From: a virus
Reading direction: 5' to 3' (one strand)
IMG/VR virus record: IMGVR_UViG_3300044984_001421
Coordinates: 21,368-85,367 of that record
Length of the DNA stretch: 64,000 bases
A program made the position numbers and the translations under genes. Under the pieces are notes generated by a model. It was not told the DNA's origin. It saw only the letters and a list, made by a program, of their open reading frames with translations, and searched no databases. Numbering within the stretch: the first letter of the stretch is position 1; each line of letters begins with the position of its first letter. Below are positions 9,362-19,157 of this stretch, one piece after another.

Positions 9362-10305
9362 CTTTGATCTCCTTTGTTTGAGATGAACGCATTTATGACG
9401 TCACGACTGAATAACTCGGTGTTTCCGTTCTCCATTATTGGCGGGCCTTGGTATTTGAGATGTGCAAAGTCGCGGTGGAATTGGCGCTCGGCAGCGCGAG
9501 CGTGTTCACCGCGAGTGAAGCGAACCTCATGGACCACTTTTGCATTTATCCCGTCACCCAGGCCAAGCCCTTGCTTCCTGAGTTTTGCCGTCCGGTTCGT
9601 TATCCCGATCTTGCACAACACATCCCCACCAGGGAGGGTGAACTCCATGCAGTACAGGATGGCTGGCTTGTCGCCATCAAATCCGTATTTGCCAAGATCC
9701 ATGTGCGCGCAGGCTTCTTCAAGGTAGCCATGCTCTATGGCGTGTTTGTAAGCGCCAGGACACCCGGAATGAAACAGGCTTCGTGTTACAAACTTTCTGG
9801 CGATCAAGAGAGCAGAAGTCTTATGCCAAGATGTTTTTGCATCCATGTGCCCAGATACAGCATCCATCAATCCGCTCCTCATCGCGTAGACGTATGCCGA
9901 TACGTTTCCTCTTCTGAACGCCGCGCGAGTTGTGTACTTTCTCGCCTCATGCGTGATTTTTTCTAAATCCCATAGTGGGTATGTTGGTGCCATGTGAGCG
10001 CATGCTTCATCCAGGAATCCATTGTCCTTTGCATGACAGTATGCCCCTGAACATTTACGCTTGAACTCACTTTTGCTTTTGTGTTTCAGCCCTTCCGTAA
10101 GCGCGGATGCCTTGTCCCAGCGAACATCCGAGTAAACCAAAGATATTTGCATGTGCGAGCAAATGCTATCCAGAATTCCGAGTCGCCATGCAAACATGTA
10201 CGCTGACTGCGAGTGGCGAGCAAACTCAGAGCGGGCTGAGAACTTCATCGCCTCAAGGCTTGCTGACTCAATTGTGAATCGCTTCTTGCGTTTTTTCTTT
10301 TCCAT
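9358..10305 (-). CDS. Putative free-standing homing endonuclease: repeated DNA-binding modules plus C-terminal GIY-YIG/T5orf172-like domain
   Basis: Four repeats of about 50 aa (A.K...R..F......AY..A...G.LD..C.HM), then LYCMEF...KIGIT...AE...H...GNTELF; codon usage differs from neighbours. Confidence 0.65.
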   Translation of the reverse strand: MEKKKRKKRFTIESASLEAMKFSARSEFARHSQSAYMFAWRLGILDSICSHMQISLVYSDVRWDKASALTEGLKHKSKSEFKRKCSGAYCHAKDNGFLDEACAHMAPTYPLWDLEKITHEARKYTTRAAFRRGNVSAYVYAMRSGLMDAVSGHMDAKTSWHKTSALLIARKFVTRSLFHSGCPGAYKHAIEHGYLEEACAHMDLGKYGFDGDKPAILYCMEFTLPGGDVLCKIGITNRTAKLRKQGLGLGDGINAKVVHEVRFTRGEHARAAERQFHRDFAHLKYQGPPIMENGNTELFSRDVINAFISNKGDQR

Positions 10306-10315
10306 CTCGTCACCA

Positions 10316-10345
10316 AAACAAAACTGGCCGGATAGCCGGCCAGTG
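10316..10345 (-). terminator. Terminator after the major capsid gene
   Basis: ACTGGCCGG-CTAT-CCGGCCAGT followed by TTGTTTT on the minus strand. Confidence 0.75.
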
Positions 10346-10373
10346 ATGTGAGCATACTTCTAGTGCGTTAAGG

Positions 10374-11816
10374 TCAGAACGGACGCCAAGCTGAGCCTGT
10401 TGGCACAATATTGGTGATCAGGACATGCTGACGACGCTTGGTGATGCGCAGGTAACCGCACACCATTTGCAGCCAGGGGATGATCGGGCTACGAACCGCT
10501 GCCATCGGGATCTTCATCATCGGCAGGAACTGCTTCCAGGAGATGGCGTGATCCGATGTGTTCATGTTCAACACATAGGCGGTCGTGGTTCCGGGAATGT
10601 CCAGGTTTTCATCAACCACGACGGTGGTCGCACCAGCCTTGGCAACGCGGGTCATTTCGCGGAAGTCAGTAACAGCATTCGTGCCGTTCAGACGCGAGCG
10701 ATAGATCACGTAACCAGTCTCAGTGCCGCCAGGAGACGCAGTGATGGTCAGGGTGCATTTCTGCGCCGTTGCAATCGCCTGCTGGGCAGTGATCACGCCG
10801 GTGGATTGACCCTTGGCATTGATGCCGGTAACCAAGTAGTAGTAGTTGCCAGCTTGGCCGGCAGCGAACTTGTTGGCAGTGGTGCCAGCAGCAACAGCGA
10901 GCGTGCAACTTGCAGGCTTGAAGATGTTGTTGTTTGCGGCAGTGGCGGAATACTTCACCTCGAAAGGCTTCTGCAGGCGCTCGTCACGGATGAAGACGTC
11001 CTGGTTGGTGGCAATCGCACCGTAGGAAGTCTGAATGGCGCGCACATGAGTGCCGAGGGATACGCTGTTCGGCGTATTGTCCAAGGCGACACGGAAGGCC
11101 GGGTCGAGCTTCGAATTCAGGTCGGTCTGAACGCTGGTCGAACAGAAGATGTCGGTCGGTGTGCCGAAGTTGTCGATACCGAAGATGGTCTCGGCAGCCT
11201 TGGCAATCGGCTCAACGGAATCCAAGGCAGCGCCGCGCATGTCGATGACATGATCGGTGGAGCCAAGACCCTTGATCTGAGTGCGAACGCCGTTGAACTC
11301 GGTCGGAACGATGATGTCGTTGCCTTCCCAGCACAGGTATTCGATGTCGGTCAGCAGTTGCTTCGCGCCGTTGCTGGCTTCCATGGCCTGGGCATCCACG
11401 ATGTTGTTCTGGTGTTGCAGAACAATCGGGATTTTCCGGTAGGTGGACAGGTACTTGACCTTTCCAACCATGCGAGCGTAGTCGCCATTCGCCTCTTCAG
11501 CGTCGCCGTCTTCGGTGTTTGTCGTGCCACCCAAGAATCCGCCGACAGAATACTGTTCGGTCCATTCATCGATGGTCGCGGTTGCGCCAGGCTTCTGCAG
11601 TTTGTTGAACAGGACGAAATGCTTGTTGTCCTGAACGGTTGCCTGCATCGTGGTATCCAGAGACTGGATACGCAGCGCGCCGCCACCAGTCAAAGATGCA
11701 ACGTCAGTGCCGTAGCCAGCGGTAAGGGATTTCTGCAGTTCGGCAAGCTCTTGCATGCCGATCTCGCCGCCCATGGTCTGGCCGGCTCCCGGATTGTTCA
11801 TCAAATTGTCGAGCAT
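10374..11816 (-). CDS. Major capsid protein (SPO1/phage K-like type)
   Basis: LQKSLTAGYG...GALRIQSLD N-terminus and IEYLCWEGN...TEFNG resemble Herelleviridae capsid proteins; strong codon bias; followed by a terminator. Confidence 0.88.
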   Translation of the reverse strand: MLDNLMNNPGAGQTMGGEIGMQELAELQKSLTAGYGTDVASLTGGGALRIQSLDTTMQATVQDNKHFVLFNKLQKPGATATIDEWTEQYSVGGFLGGTTNTEDGDAEEANGDYARMVGKVKYLSTYRKIPIVLQHQNNIVDAQAMEASNGAKQLLTDIEYLCWEGNDIIVPTEFNGVRTQIKGLGSTDHVIDMRGAALDSVEPIAKAAETIFGIDNFGTPTDIFCSTSVQTDLNSKLDPAFRVALDNTPNSVSLGTHVRAIQTSYGAIATNQDVFIRDERLQKPFEVKYSATAANNNIFKPASCTLAVAAGTTANKFAAGQAGNYYYLVTGINAKGQSTGVITAQQAIATAQKCTLTITASPGGTETGYVIYRSRLNGTNAVTDFREMTRVAKAGATTVVVDENLDIPGTTTAYVLNMNTSDHAISWKQFLPMMKIPMAAVRSPIIPWLQMVCGYLRITKRRQHVLITNIVPTGSAWRPF

Positions 11817-11847
11817 AATGTCTCCTGATAACTCGGTTTATGAAAAT

Positions 11848-12480
11848 TTACTCGGGGAGCCGAGCAAGAATGTCGCCGGGAACGGTCAGACCGTTCTCGA
11901 CAGCAACGTTGGCGCGGGCGACATCGAGTGCAGTGATGCTTCCGGCCTTTTGTGCGGTAAGACACTTCGCCATCAGGTCGCCGCTGGTAGGCTGCGGGTC
12001 TTCGGATTTGGCAAGCGTCGATGTCTTCTCGGAGATGGTCAGAACAGTCTTGCGACCACGACCTTCGCCACTCAGATCGCTCACACTCTTCTTGAGCGAT
12101 GCGATCTCGGCGGTTTGAGACTTGAGCATGTCGGCAATCAAGCCGAGAGACTTACCAAGGTGCTCGCGGTTTTCAGCGTCAGTGGACTCAATGCCATCCA
12201 TGCGCGCAGTCATCGACTTGATCAGCGCAGTTGCGTCGTAGGCGCGGACCTTCTCACCATCGCGTTCCATGCTGTAGCTTTTGCCGAGAACCTCGTCTTC
12301 ACCTTCGGCATCGCCGTCAGTGTCGCCGTCAGTATCGCCGTCGCCGTCCTTGTCTTCATCTTCGTCAACGCCTGCAGCGTTGGCGATTTTCTCGTCTGTT
12401 TCTTTGCCTTCGTCTTGCGACTTAGCAAGCAGTTCGAGGTCTTGGGCCAGCTTGTCGAATTCGCTCATTTGCGTCTCCAT
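11848..12480 (-). CDS. Capsid scaffolding protein (start may be 12468)
   Basis: Acidic and coiled-coil; many xxKS sites; between protease and capsid genes. Confidence 0.7.
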   Translation of the reverse strand: METQMSEFDKLAQDLELLAKSQDEGKETDEKIANAAGVDEDEDKDGDGDTDGDTDGDAEGEDEVLGKSYSMERDGEKVRAYDATALIKSMTARMDGIESTDAENREHLGKSLGLIADMLKSQTAEIASLKKSVSDLSGEGRGRKTVLTISEKTSTLAKSEDPQPTSGDLMAKCLTAQKAGSITALDVARANVAVENGLTVPGDILARLPE

Positions 12481-13310
12481 GTTTTCAAATCATTAAGGAA
12501 CCGCTCGACCATCTTTTTCGCCTCTGTCGCATCCATCCCGAACGTGTCAGAGACGAACTTAGTGAGCGAAGCAGGGTCGCGCTTGGGGAGAATGCTGCTG
12601 TCACGACTACGCAACATGCCAGCAAGCTTGTTGCGGAATACGTTGTAAACACCGTCATCGAGTGACTGCGCACGCAGCGCACCGCCGCCCGTCAGCGTCG
12701 CGGAATCGGTGCCGTAGCCAGCCTCAAGACCTTTCAGGACGAAAGCGTTCATGGACTTGGCGAAGACACCGAATGGCGATGTCGAGACGTTTGGAATGTG
12801 CTGGTTGACCGGCGTGCGAGACAGCGCGACGTTTGACCATCTCACCTTTTCCACACAGGTGACCGCGTTCTTGGTTTCAGGATCAATCCGGGTGGACTTC
12901 GCCAGGACAGAGCCACCGACAGACGGATACCAGCGCGCAGGCGGCGAAAGCTCGGTGAGCGACGCCCATACCATGTTCGCGTTTGCAGCCAGGGCTGTGT
13001 CACCCTTGTAGAGTTGCGCCTTGACGAAGGTCGTCTTGTCGTTGATCACGACATCGGTCGGCATGCCGATTTCATAGTTCTCCGGATTGGCGATTCCAGA
13101 ACCGGTGCGCTTGCCGAGGATGGTCAGGTGGTCAAGGTCGACGTTGCCGTACTTCTTGTAGAACTCGGCAGACTCGGCCAGCGCTTTCGACAGCACGCGC
13201 TCGCCTTGCTGGTCGATGCCTTCATTGCTGGCTTCAAAGAAGACGAAGCGCTCGCCGCCAATTTCATGCGGCGTCGCCTTGAGAAAGTCGAAGGCAATGA
13301 AGTCGTTCAT
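12465..13310 (-). CDS. Prohead maturation protease
   Basis: EASNEGIDQQGE...VDLDH...EIG...YPSVGG...NVALSRTPVN resembles HK97/Herelleviridae-type His/Ser proteases. Confidence 0.8.
   Translation of the reverse strand: MNDFIAFDFLKATPHEIGGERFVFFEASNEGIDQQGERVLSKALAESAEFYKKYGNVDLDHLTILGKRTGSGIANPENYEIGMPTDVVINDKTTFVKAQLYKGDTALAANANMVWASLTELSPPARWYPSVGGSVLAKSTRIDPETKNAVTCVEKVRWSNVALSRTPVNQHIPNVSTSPFGVFAKSMNAFVLKGLEAGYGTDSATLTGGGALRAQSLDDGVYNVFRNKLAGMLRSRDSSILPKRDPASLTKFVSDTFGMDATEAKKMVERFLNDLKTWRRK
12592..12607 (-). promoter_or_regulatory. Variant late promoter inside the protease gene, upstream of scaffold and capsid
   Basis: GTCGTGACA-GCAGCAT: one mismatch, conserved A and T retained. Confidence 0.55.
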
Positions 13311-13942
13311 TATTTACCACCAGCCTTGTCATAGGCTTCTTTGACCATCTTTGTTTCAGAGCCAAATTTCGGATTGGCGTGATGGATCGTGAGTTCGTTG
13401 TTCTTGAATGTGGCGACATGCCCGTCCTGGTGGACCATGACGTCATGCTTGTCGCCATCCATAAAGCCCATCTTTCCCTTGTGGACGCGCCAGCCTTGAT
13501 CTCCCATGGCATCCATGGTGTCGACGTGCCGACCGCCGCCAGTCCGCATCGTGACGACTGTCTTTCCGTCAGCCCCAGACTTCGAATGAACCCACCCAGC
13601 ATCCTCTGCTTCATTGCCACCTGTCAGGCGGCTTTGAAGGTCAGAAACAGCCTTCGGAGGGGTGATCGAGTTGCCTTCAGGCTTTTTCGCTATGTGGCTT
13701 GACGAATCTTTTCCGCCATTGGCAAAAATGTAATTGCCGACGTGGTTGGTGCCAGACCAGGCATGAACAACGCCTTTCTTCGCATCCTTTTTGAAGTCGA
13801 CGTTTCCGTGAACGGACTTGACTCCGGATACCCATTCGTCATGAGACATCTTCGTGCGTTTGTCGTCGTGAGCCTGAACGACAGCGCCATCCTTCCGGGT
13901 GTACGCATCGATATGGCTCTTGAGTAGGGTGAACTGATTCAT
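13310..13942 (-). CDS. Putative virion-packaged internal protein with an N-terminal LLKSHIDAYTRKDG tag
   Basis: MNQFTLLKSHIDAYTRKDGAVVQAHDD start after AGGAG RBS; His/Lys-rich. Confidence 0.7.
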   Translation of the reverse strand: MNQFTLLKSHIDAYTRKDGAVVQAHDDKRTKMSHDEWVSGVKSVHGNVDFKKDAKKGVVHAWSGTNHVGNYIFANGGKDSSSHIAKKPEGNSITPPKAVSDLQSRLTGGNEAEDAGWVHSKSGADGKTVVTMRTGGGRHVDTMDAMGDQGWRVHKGKMGFMDGDKHDVMVHQDGHVATFKNNELTIHHANPKFGSETKMVKEAYDKAGGK

Positions 13943-13965
13943 GCACGGCTCCTGAATATGGAGCC

Positions 13966-13981
13966 AGCATTGCGTCACGAC
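13966..13981 (-). promoter_or_regulatory. Putative late promoter
   Basis: GTCGTGACG-CAATGCT. Confidence 0.7.
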
Positions 13982-16900
13982 TTAGAACATGGATGCCTGC
14001 GGCTGATCAGTCTTTGGCTTGATGAAAGACGCAATCCCTGTGTCGTCCAGCCCATCCATCGGGTCGGTCATAAACTCGCGCAGCATGTGCTTCTTCGCCA
14101 GGCGGTCGCGCGCAGCCTTCTCGGATTTGTGATTGGCAACAACATCCAGCAATTCGACGTTGTTCTTCTGTCCGAGCCGGTGGATTCGCGCATTGCGCTG
14201 ACCGTGGACCATGGCGGTATTCGGCGAGTCGTGCTGGATAAGCCAATTTCCGCGCTGGAGGTTGAGTCCAACGGCTGCCGCGTCAGACGCGACCATGATG
14301 TCCGCCGATGCTTCTCCGCTCTCCGGGTTGAACTGCTTGCGCTTGGCATCCTTGTCCTGCGCCGAGTCAGATCCGGTGATGGTGACGACGCGATGGCCGG
14401 CAGCCTTCAGGCGCTTCTCGATTTCAGCAACGGCAGCGCGACTGTGCGCGAACACAACGCCGGGCTTGCCTTTGCGCGCGCCGACCAGTTCCATGACCTT
14501 GTCGATCTTGGCGTTATCCGGGTGAGTGTTGATGATGCGCGATGCGGCGGATTCCTTGATGATGCCAAGCGACTCCTGGATGTTCTTGGCGATCGCTTCG
14601 TGCTGTTCTTCCGGTACCCCGTCGAAGGAGTCCGGGCTGATCGCCTTGCAGGATGCGACATCGACCTTGCCGGCCGTTTTTGCCGCCTTGGCTTTCGACA
14701 TCGACTTGTCGAGCGCAGCAAGTGCTGACTTCTGGCCGGCAGACAGTTCGACTTGATGGACTTCATGCTGCGCGTCGACGTCTGGCGCGATAGTGTTTGA
14801 GATTACGTGGCGGGCCATTTCGCGCTTTAGCGCAGCCTTTGCAGCAATGGTGTCGCCGCCGTACTTGCGCATGAATGCTGCGCGGTCTCCGTAACGCTCG
14901 CGGTCCATTTTCGCCATGACGTCGTGAATTTCAGAACTGTCGTTCTTGATCGGATCGCCAGATCCGTAGACGTGGTATTCGGCATTATCAGAGACGGCAT
15001 CGATCACGTTCGACCGAGCAGAATTCTCCTTTCCGGCACGATTTACGATCTGGTGCGCTTCATCGACCATGGTAGCGTCGAAGTTCATGCCTTCCTTGTC
15101 CATCACTTCCTTGGCCCAGGTCTTGCGCTCGGCCGGCGTCATGGCAGACAGCTTGGCGTTCATTTCTGACTCGGTGATGCCGGCGTGCTTGGCACCCAGG
15201 TGCTGCATGTCGGCGCGGAACGATTCGTGCGTCATCACCGCGAAGTGATGGTCCGGATTCTTGTAGGCGGCAATCCGCTCTGCCTGCGACGCGCCCGGCT
15301 GACAGTGCCAGTTGAACTTGCCAGGCTCCAGGTAGCGCAGAGCCTCGCCGCCAAATTGCCCCTGGACGACAGAAGGCACCAGCATCAGCGCCCGCTTGAT
15401 CTTGCCGGTTTCGTGCAAGTGCGAGAACGCGCCCAGGTAGATGCCGGTCTTTCCGGAGCCGGCACCGTAGGACAGAACCGTCCGCTTGTTGGCTTCGATG
15501 TGCTTGATGGCACGCTGCTGCGGCGTGTACTTGTCGTTCATCGACGGCTGCCACAGCTTCGTCGGATGCCCTGGTTTGAAGTTCTTCCCGACCACCGACA
15601 TCATGCCGGCGATCTGCTGCTCGGCGGCATGGCCCAGCGTGTGGCGTTCGTCGGCCCCCAGCGGAACCTTTTTCCCGGCGTCAGGAAGATGGTCTTCTTC
15701 GGTCGAGAAGAAACCCATCTGCGACTGTTCGAATGCCGCCTTGGCTTCCTGCTGCGCCTCGATCTTGTCTGCAACAGATCCTGATGAGTACTTGCCACCG
15801 GCACGCTCGCGCAGAGAATCCACCAGCGCGCGATGCGATTCCTCACGCTTGGCACGTGCGGCAGGATCGACTGCATCCAGGTGGTTCAAGTTGCCAGCGA
15901 TAACCGTCTTGCCGACCTTGAGCGGGTTCTTCTTGTTGAGCGTGTTGTGGACTTCTGCAAACTTGCTGACAACATGGGAGCGGACCAAGTCCTGCACCGA
16001 CTTGATGGCATTCTCCGGGCTGCCCATGATGCCGACGTACTTGTTCCAGTCCAGGCCGGAAGAACCAGCAACCTGCGACAGTTCGTCACGCTTGGCATTC
16101 CAGGCTGACCACTCCGGCGTCGTGGACGTCTCGCCGAACATATCGACGGATTCCTTCTCCGGCTCGTTGGCAAGGTGCGCCTCATGTTCGTCGCGCGCCG
16201 CCTTGCCGGCTTCGTCCACTTTCGCCAGATTCTCGTTGAACCACTTCCGGAGTCCAGTGCGCTCCTGCGCAGACAGGTCGCCGATGGGCTTGAACGCTGC
16301 GACACCTTCCGGCGTTTCAGACAGCGCACGATGCAAAGCATCGACGGATTTCTGGTTGATCTCGATCTTCTGCCGATGCAGCGGAGAGCGGTCGCCGCCC
16401 ATCTTCCCAACATAGTCGTCGGCCATTTTCTCGAACTCGCCAGCCAGGCTCTCGACCGGGCGCATCTTGCCGTCTTCACTCTTGAGCGGAGCAACAGAGT
16501 CGAGCGCAGCACGGTAGGCTTCAGGGTCGCCAGACTTGGCATGGAAGTCGCCAGACTGGATATCGGCCAGGATGTCTGCGGGTGAATCGCCGTCTGCCGC
16601 GCGCCCGCCGATGTAGTCGCGGAGCGATTGCGCCAGGTCAGCGCCAGGCTTGAACGGTTGCGCCAGGCGTTCAGCGACGCCAGGCTCTGCCTTCATCGCA
16701 AGATCCGGCCGGTTGGCAAAGCCCTTCGGCAGCCAGCCGTCCTCGTCATGCTTTCCGGAGATGATGTCCATGTTCCGGCTGATCTGCTTCATGCCTTCGA
16801 CATCAACAGGCGCAGCAAGTCGGTCCAGACCTTCACCGGTAATCGTGGTGACAAGGTTCCCGTTCACTGATTCCAGCTTGTAGTCGCCAGACTTCAGACC

Positions 16901-19129
16901 GAGCGCGTGCAGTTTGGTAATCGCCGACTTCGGGTCCACCTTTCCGAGCGACACCTCGACATGGTCCTTCGCGCCTTCGCGTAGCGCCATCACCAGCGAC
17001 GCGCCGGCCTGCAGTTGACCGGTTGCCTGCCCGAGTACGCGCTTGGCCTGCATGACGGCTTCCCGGCGCTTGTGATTGGCTTCTTGGGCGGTTGCCAGGT
17101 CGTATCCGGTTTTGCCTTCCGGCATTTCGATTTCACCAGCGGCGTCGGCGAGTTCGCGCGCCTGCTTGACGGCATTCTGCTGGATGTCGTTCTGTGACTG
17201 GACGTGGTAATTCTCGGCACCTTGGCGGATGCGGTCCAGGTCGCCGGCTTCGTAATCCTTGTGGATGCGGCGGGCAATGATCTGCGACGCGGCACTGATG
17301 CCGAGAACGTCAACCACCGAACGGTCGATCATCGAGTCACCGGCTGCAGCCTGGGCGAAGGCGTTCAGCGCGTTGAATGCGCCGGCTCCGACGTGACCGC
17401 CAAGCGATTCCTCGCCGCCCATCTTGTCGATCTCTGACAGCAGGCCGACAGCGCCGATGGTCTTGATGTCCTGCTCCATCTGTTTGCGCGCGGCGTCTTC
17501 AACATCGGCATCCGACACTTCGAGGATGTGCGCCTTGGACTCAACCACGGAAGCGCCGTCCAGTTCCATGCTGGCATGACGCGCGGCCATTTCGAGCATC
17601 TTCAACTTCTTCTGCGCCTTCACCAGCGCGGCAGCTTTCTTGGCGTCGTCCAGCACCTTCGGCTGCGGCTTGACCGTTTCCGGATTGGCGAGCTTGAAGT
17701 CTTCTACCTCTTTGGCGATGCCGGCAGCCAGGTCTTTCTTCTCGGCAGCCTTCGACGCCTGCGCAGCCAGTTCATCCGGCGACTTTGCATCCGCGCCGTG
17801 GACATTGGTCAGTTCCGCCTCGACAGATTCCGGAGTCAAGCCTTTGTCTGCCGCGCGCTTGCCGAAGTCTTGCGAGAAGCCCAGGCCGGGCGTCTTTTCC
17901 GGCATCGGGTCGAGGTCGGCAACGGAAATCTGGTCCGGGCTGGGGTCGGTCAGCGGGATCTCTCCCAGGCCGGATGCCGCGAGAGCTTCGTGGTCTTCGA
18001 CCAGATTCTTGCGGTTCATTTCAACGGCAGCCTTGGCGCGATGGAAGATGTCCTTGTCGTGTTCCTTGCGGGCTTTCGCCTGGGCTTCTTCGGACAAGCC
18101 GGCGTGCGCTTCTTCATCGAACGCCAGCGACTTGTCGTCCCAGCCCATAACGTCGGCGACCGTCTTCACGAATTCCTCGCGCTGCTTCTTGACCGACTCC
18201 TTCAGCGCGCCCTTCTCGGCTTGCTTCTGGTTGTGTATGCCGGCTGCCTTGTCGGCTTCGATTTGCTTCTTCTTGGCTTCCTGCCGAGCCTGCCCGCGCT
18301 GCTTGATGGAGTCCTTGTAGGACTCGCCGGTCTTCACCGAGCGCAGCTTAAGATGGTTCAGCGCGCCGCCCGCGCCGCCGATGACGCGCATCGAGCCGTC
18401 TTCGTGCGGCATAACCAGAATCGGGCTGCCCTTCGCGCCTGGGTGCGAATGAACAGTGACCCAATGTGCCCCGGCAGGGATGGGACCGTGCTCGGATTTC
18501 AGCATGTGCTGACCGAAGTCTAGAGAATGATCAAAGTCAACTCGGGCAACTCGGGTAACCGGGTCAATTACCCGATTTGCCCGGACTTCCGCCTTCACCA
18601 TCCGCCCGTCAGCCGCCAGCACCTTCTGCTTGAATTCCTCCACCGGCATAGCCGTGACCGGACCAAGGAAACGAGGGTCGTCGTAGTGAAGCAGGTAGGC
18701 GCGCTCGGCTTCTTCCTGGCTGGCAAATTGGAGCATCGCCTTGTCCTCGTCATACCGATCCCATGCGCCTGCCTTGCGCTGGTGGATGATGTAGACCATC
18801 GGCGCGGTTTCATCCGGCCCGAGGTAGCAATCCACATGGTCACCGTCGACACCCAGGCTGGACAACACATAGCCGTAGGGAAACACCATCCGCGTCCCCC
18901 AGGCGTGACCGTCCCGATCAACGCCACGCCGGAACGAGCCGGCCTCGTTTTCAATCGAGATGGTCAGGCCATTCCAGGCGACCTTGCGCTTGCCGTAGTT
19001 CCCGGCCTTGATCTGCGCCGGGGTCGGCTCATGCGGGAAACGGTAGACGGCGTTCTGAGTCTCAGCCTTCGCCAGCGGCGTGCCGACGAAAGCTGCAATG
19101 TGACTACGGAGTGCGGATAGAGAGTCCAT
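13982..19129 (-). CDS. Large polyvalent protein: N-terminal inorganic pyrophosphatase-like domain and C-terminal SNF2/SWI2 helicase (DarB-like)
   Basis: AGNY...ISIEN...YGY...DGDHVDCYLGP...DEDK; helicase motifs GAGSGKT, DEAH, GLNLQ, QRNARIHRLGQ. Confidence 0.82.
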   Translation of the reverse strand: MDSLSALRSHIAAFVGTPLAKAETQNAVYRFPHEPTPAQIKAGNYGKRKVAWNGLTISIENEAGSFRRGVDRDGHAWGTRMVFPYGYVLSSLGVDGDHVDCYLGPDETAPMVYIIHQRKAGAWDRYDEDKAMLQFASQEEAERAYLLHYDDPRFLGPVTAMPVEEFKQKVLAADGRMVKAEVRANRVIDPVTRVARVDFDHSLDFGQHMLKSEHGPIPAGAHWVTVHSHPGAKGSPILVMPHEDGSMRVIGGAGGALNHLKLRSVKTGESYKDSIKQRGQARQEAKKKQIEADKAAGIHNQKQAEKGALKESVKKQREEFVKTVADVMGWDDKSLAFDEEAHAGLSEEAQAKARKEHDKDIFHRAKAAVEMNRKNLVEDHEALAASGLGEIPLTDPSPDQISVADLDPMPEKTPGLGFSQDFGKRAADKGLTPESVEAELTNVHGADAKSPDELAAQASKAAEKKDLAAGIAKEVEDFKLANPETVKPQPKVLDDAKKAAALVKAQKKLKMLEMAARHASMELDGASVVESKAHILEVSDADVEDAARKQMEQDIKTIGAVGLLSEIDKMGGEESLGGHVGAGAFNALNAFAQAAAGDSMIDRSVVDVLGISAASQIIARRIHKDYEAGDLDRIRQGAENYHVQSQNDIQQNAVKQARELADAAGEIEMPEGKTGYDLATAQEANHKRREAVMQAKRVLGQATGQLQAGASLVMALREGAKDHVEVSLGKVDPKSAITKLHALGLKSGDYKLESVNGNLVTTITGEGLDRLAAPVDVEGMKQISRNMDIISGKHDEDGWLPKGFANRPDLAMKAEPGVAERLAQPFKPGADLAQSLRDYIGGRAADGDSPADILADIQSGDFHAKSGDPEAYRAALDSVAPLKSEDGKMRPVESLAGEFEKMADDYVGKMGGDRSPLHRQKIEINQKSVDALHRALSETPEGVAAFKPIGDLSAQERTGLRKWFNENLAKVDEAGKAARDEHEAHLANEPEKESVDMFGETSTTPEWSAWNAKRDELSQVAGSSGLDWNKYVGIMGSPENAIKSVQDLVRSHVVSKFAEVHNTLNKKNPLKVGKTVIAGNLNHLDAVDPAARAKREESHRALVDSLRERAGGKYSSGSVADKIEAQQEAKAAFEQSQMGFFSTEEDHLPDAGKKVPLGADERHTLGHAAEQQIAGMMSVVGKNFKPGHPTKLWQPSMNDKYTPQQRAIKHIEANKRTVLSYGAGSGKTGIYLGAFSHLHETGKIKRALMLVPSVVQGQFGGEALRYLEPGKFNWHCQPGASQAERIAAYKNPDHHFAVMTHESFRADMQHLGAKHAGITESEMNAKLSAMTPAERKTWAKEVMDKEGMNFDATMVDEAHQIVNRAGKENSARSNVIDAVSDNAEYHVYGSGDPIKNDSSEIHDVMAKMDRERYGDRAAFMRKYGGDTIAAKAALKREMARHVISNTIAPDVDAQHEVHQVELSAGQKSALAALDKSMSKAKAAKTAGKVDVASCKAISPDSFDGVPEEQHEAIAKNIQESLGIIKESAASRIINTHPDNAKIDKVMELVGARKGKPGVVFAHSRAAVAEIEKRLKAAGHRVVTITGSDSAQDKDAKRKQFNPESGEASADIMVASDAAAVGLNLQRGNWLIQHDSPNTAMVHGQRNARIHRLGQKNNVELLDVVANHKSEKAARDRLAKKHMLREFMTDPMDGLDDTGIASFIKPKTDQPQASMF

Positions 19130-19135
19130 CAGCAC

Positions 19136-19151
19136 ATCGTGGCGTCACGAC
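19136..19151 (-). promoter_or_regulatory. Putative late promoter, leaderless (ATG 19129 at predicted +1)
   Basis: GTCGTGACG-CCACGAT-GTGCTG-ATG. Confidence 0.7.
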
Positions 19152-19157
19152 ACAGGG

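Noticed and set aside
13943-13978. Upstream GTG starts given for ORFs 13978, 19796 and 58668
   Set aside because: These GTGs belong to the GTCGTGACG promoter motif; downstream ATGs fit better
3466-18523. Long plus-strand ORFs such as 3466-4662, 10425-11828, 15486-16415 and 17528-18523
   Set aside because: Antisense shadows of GC-biased minus-strand genes; no RBS or recognisable motifs
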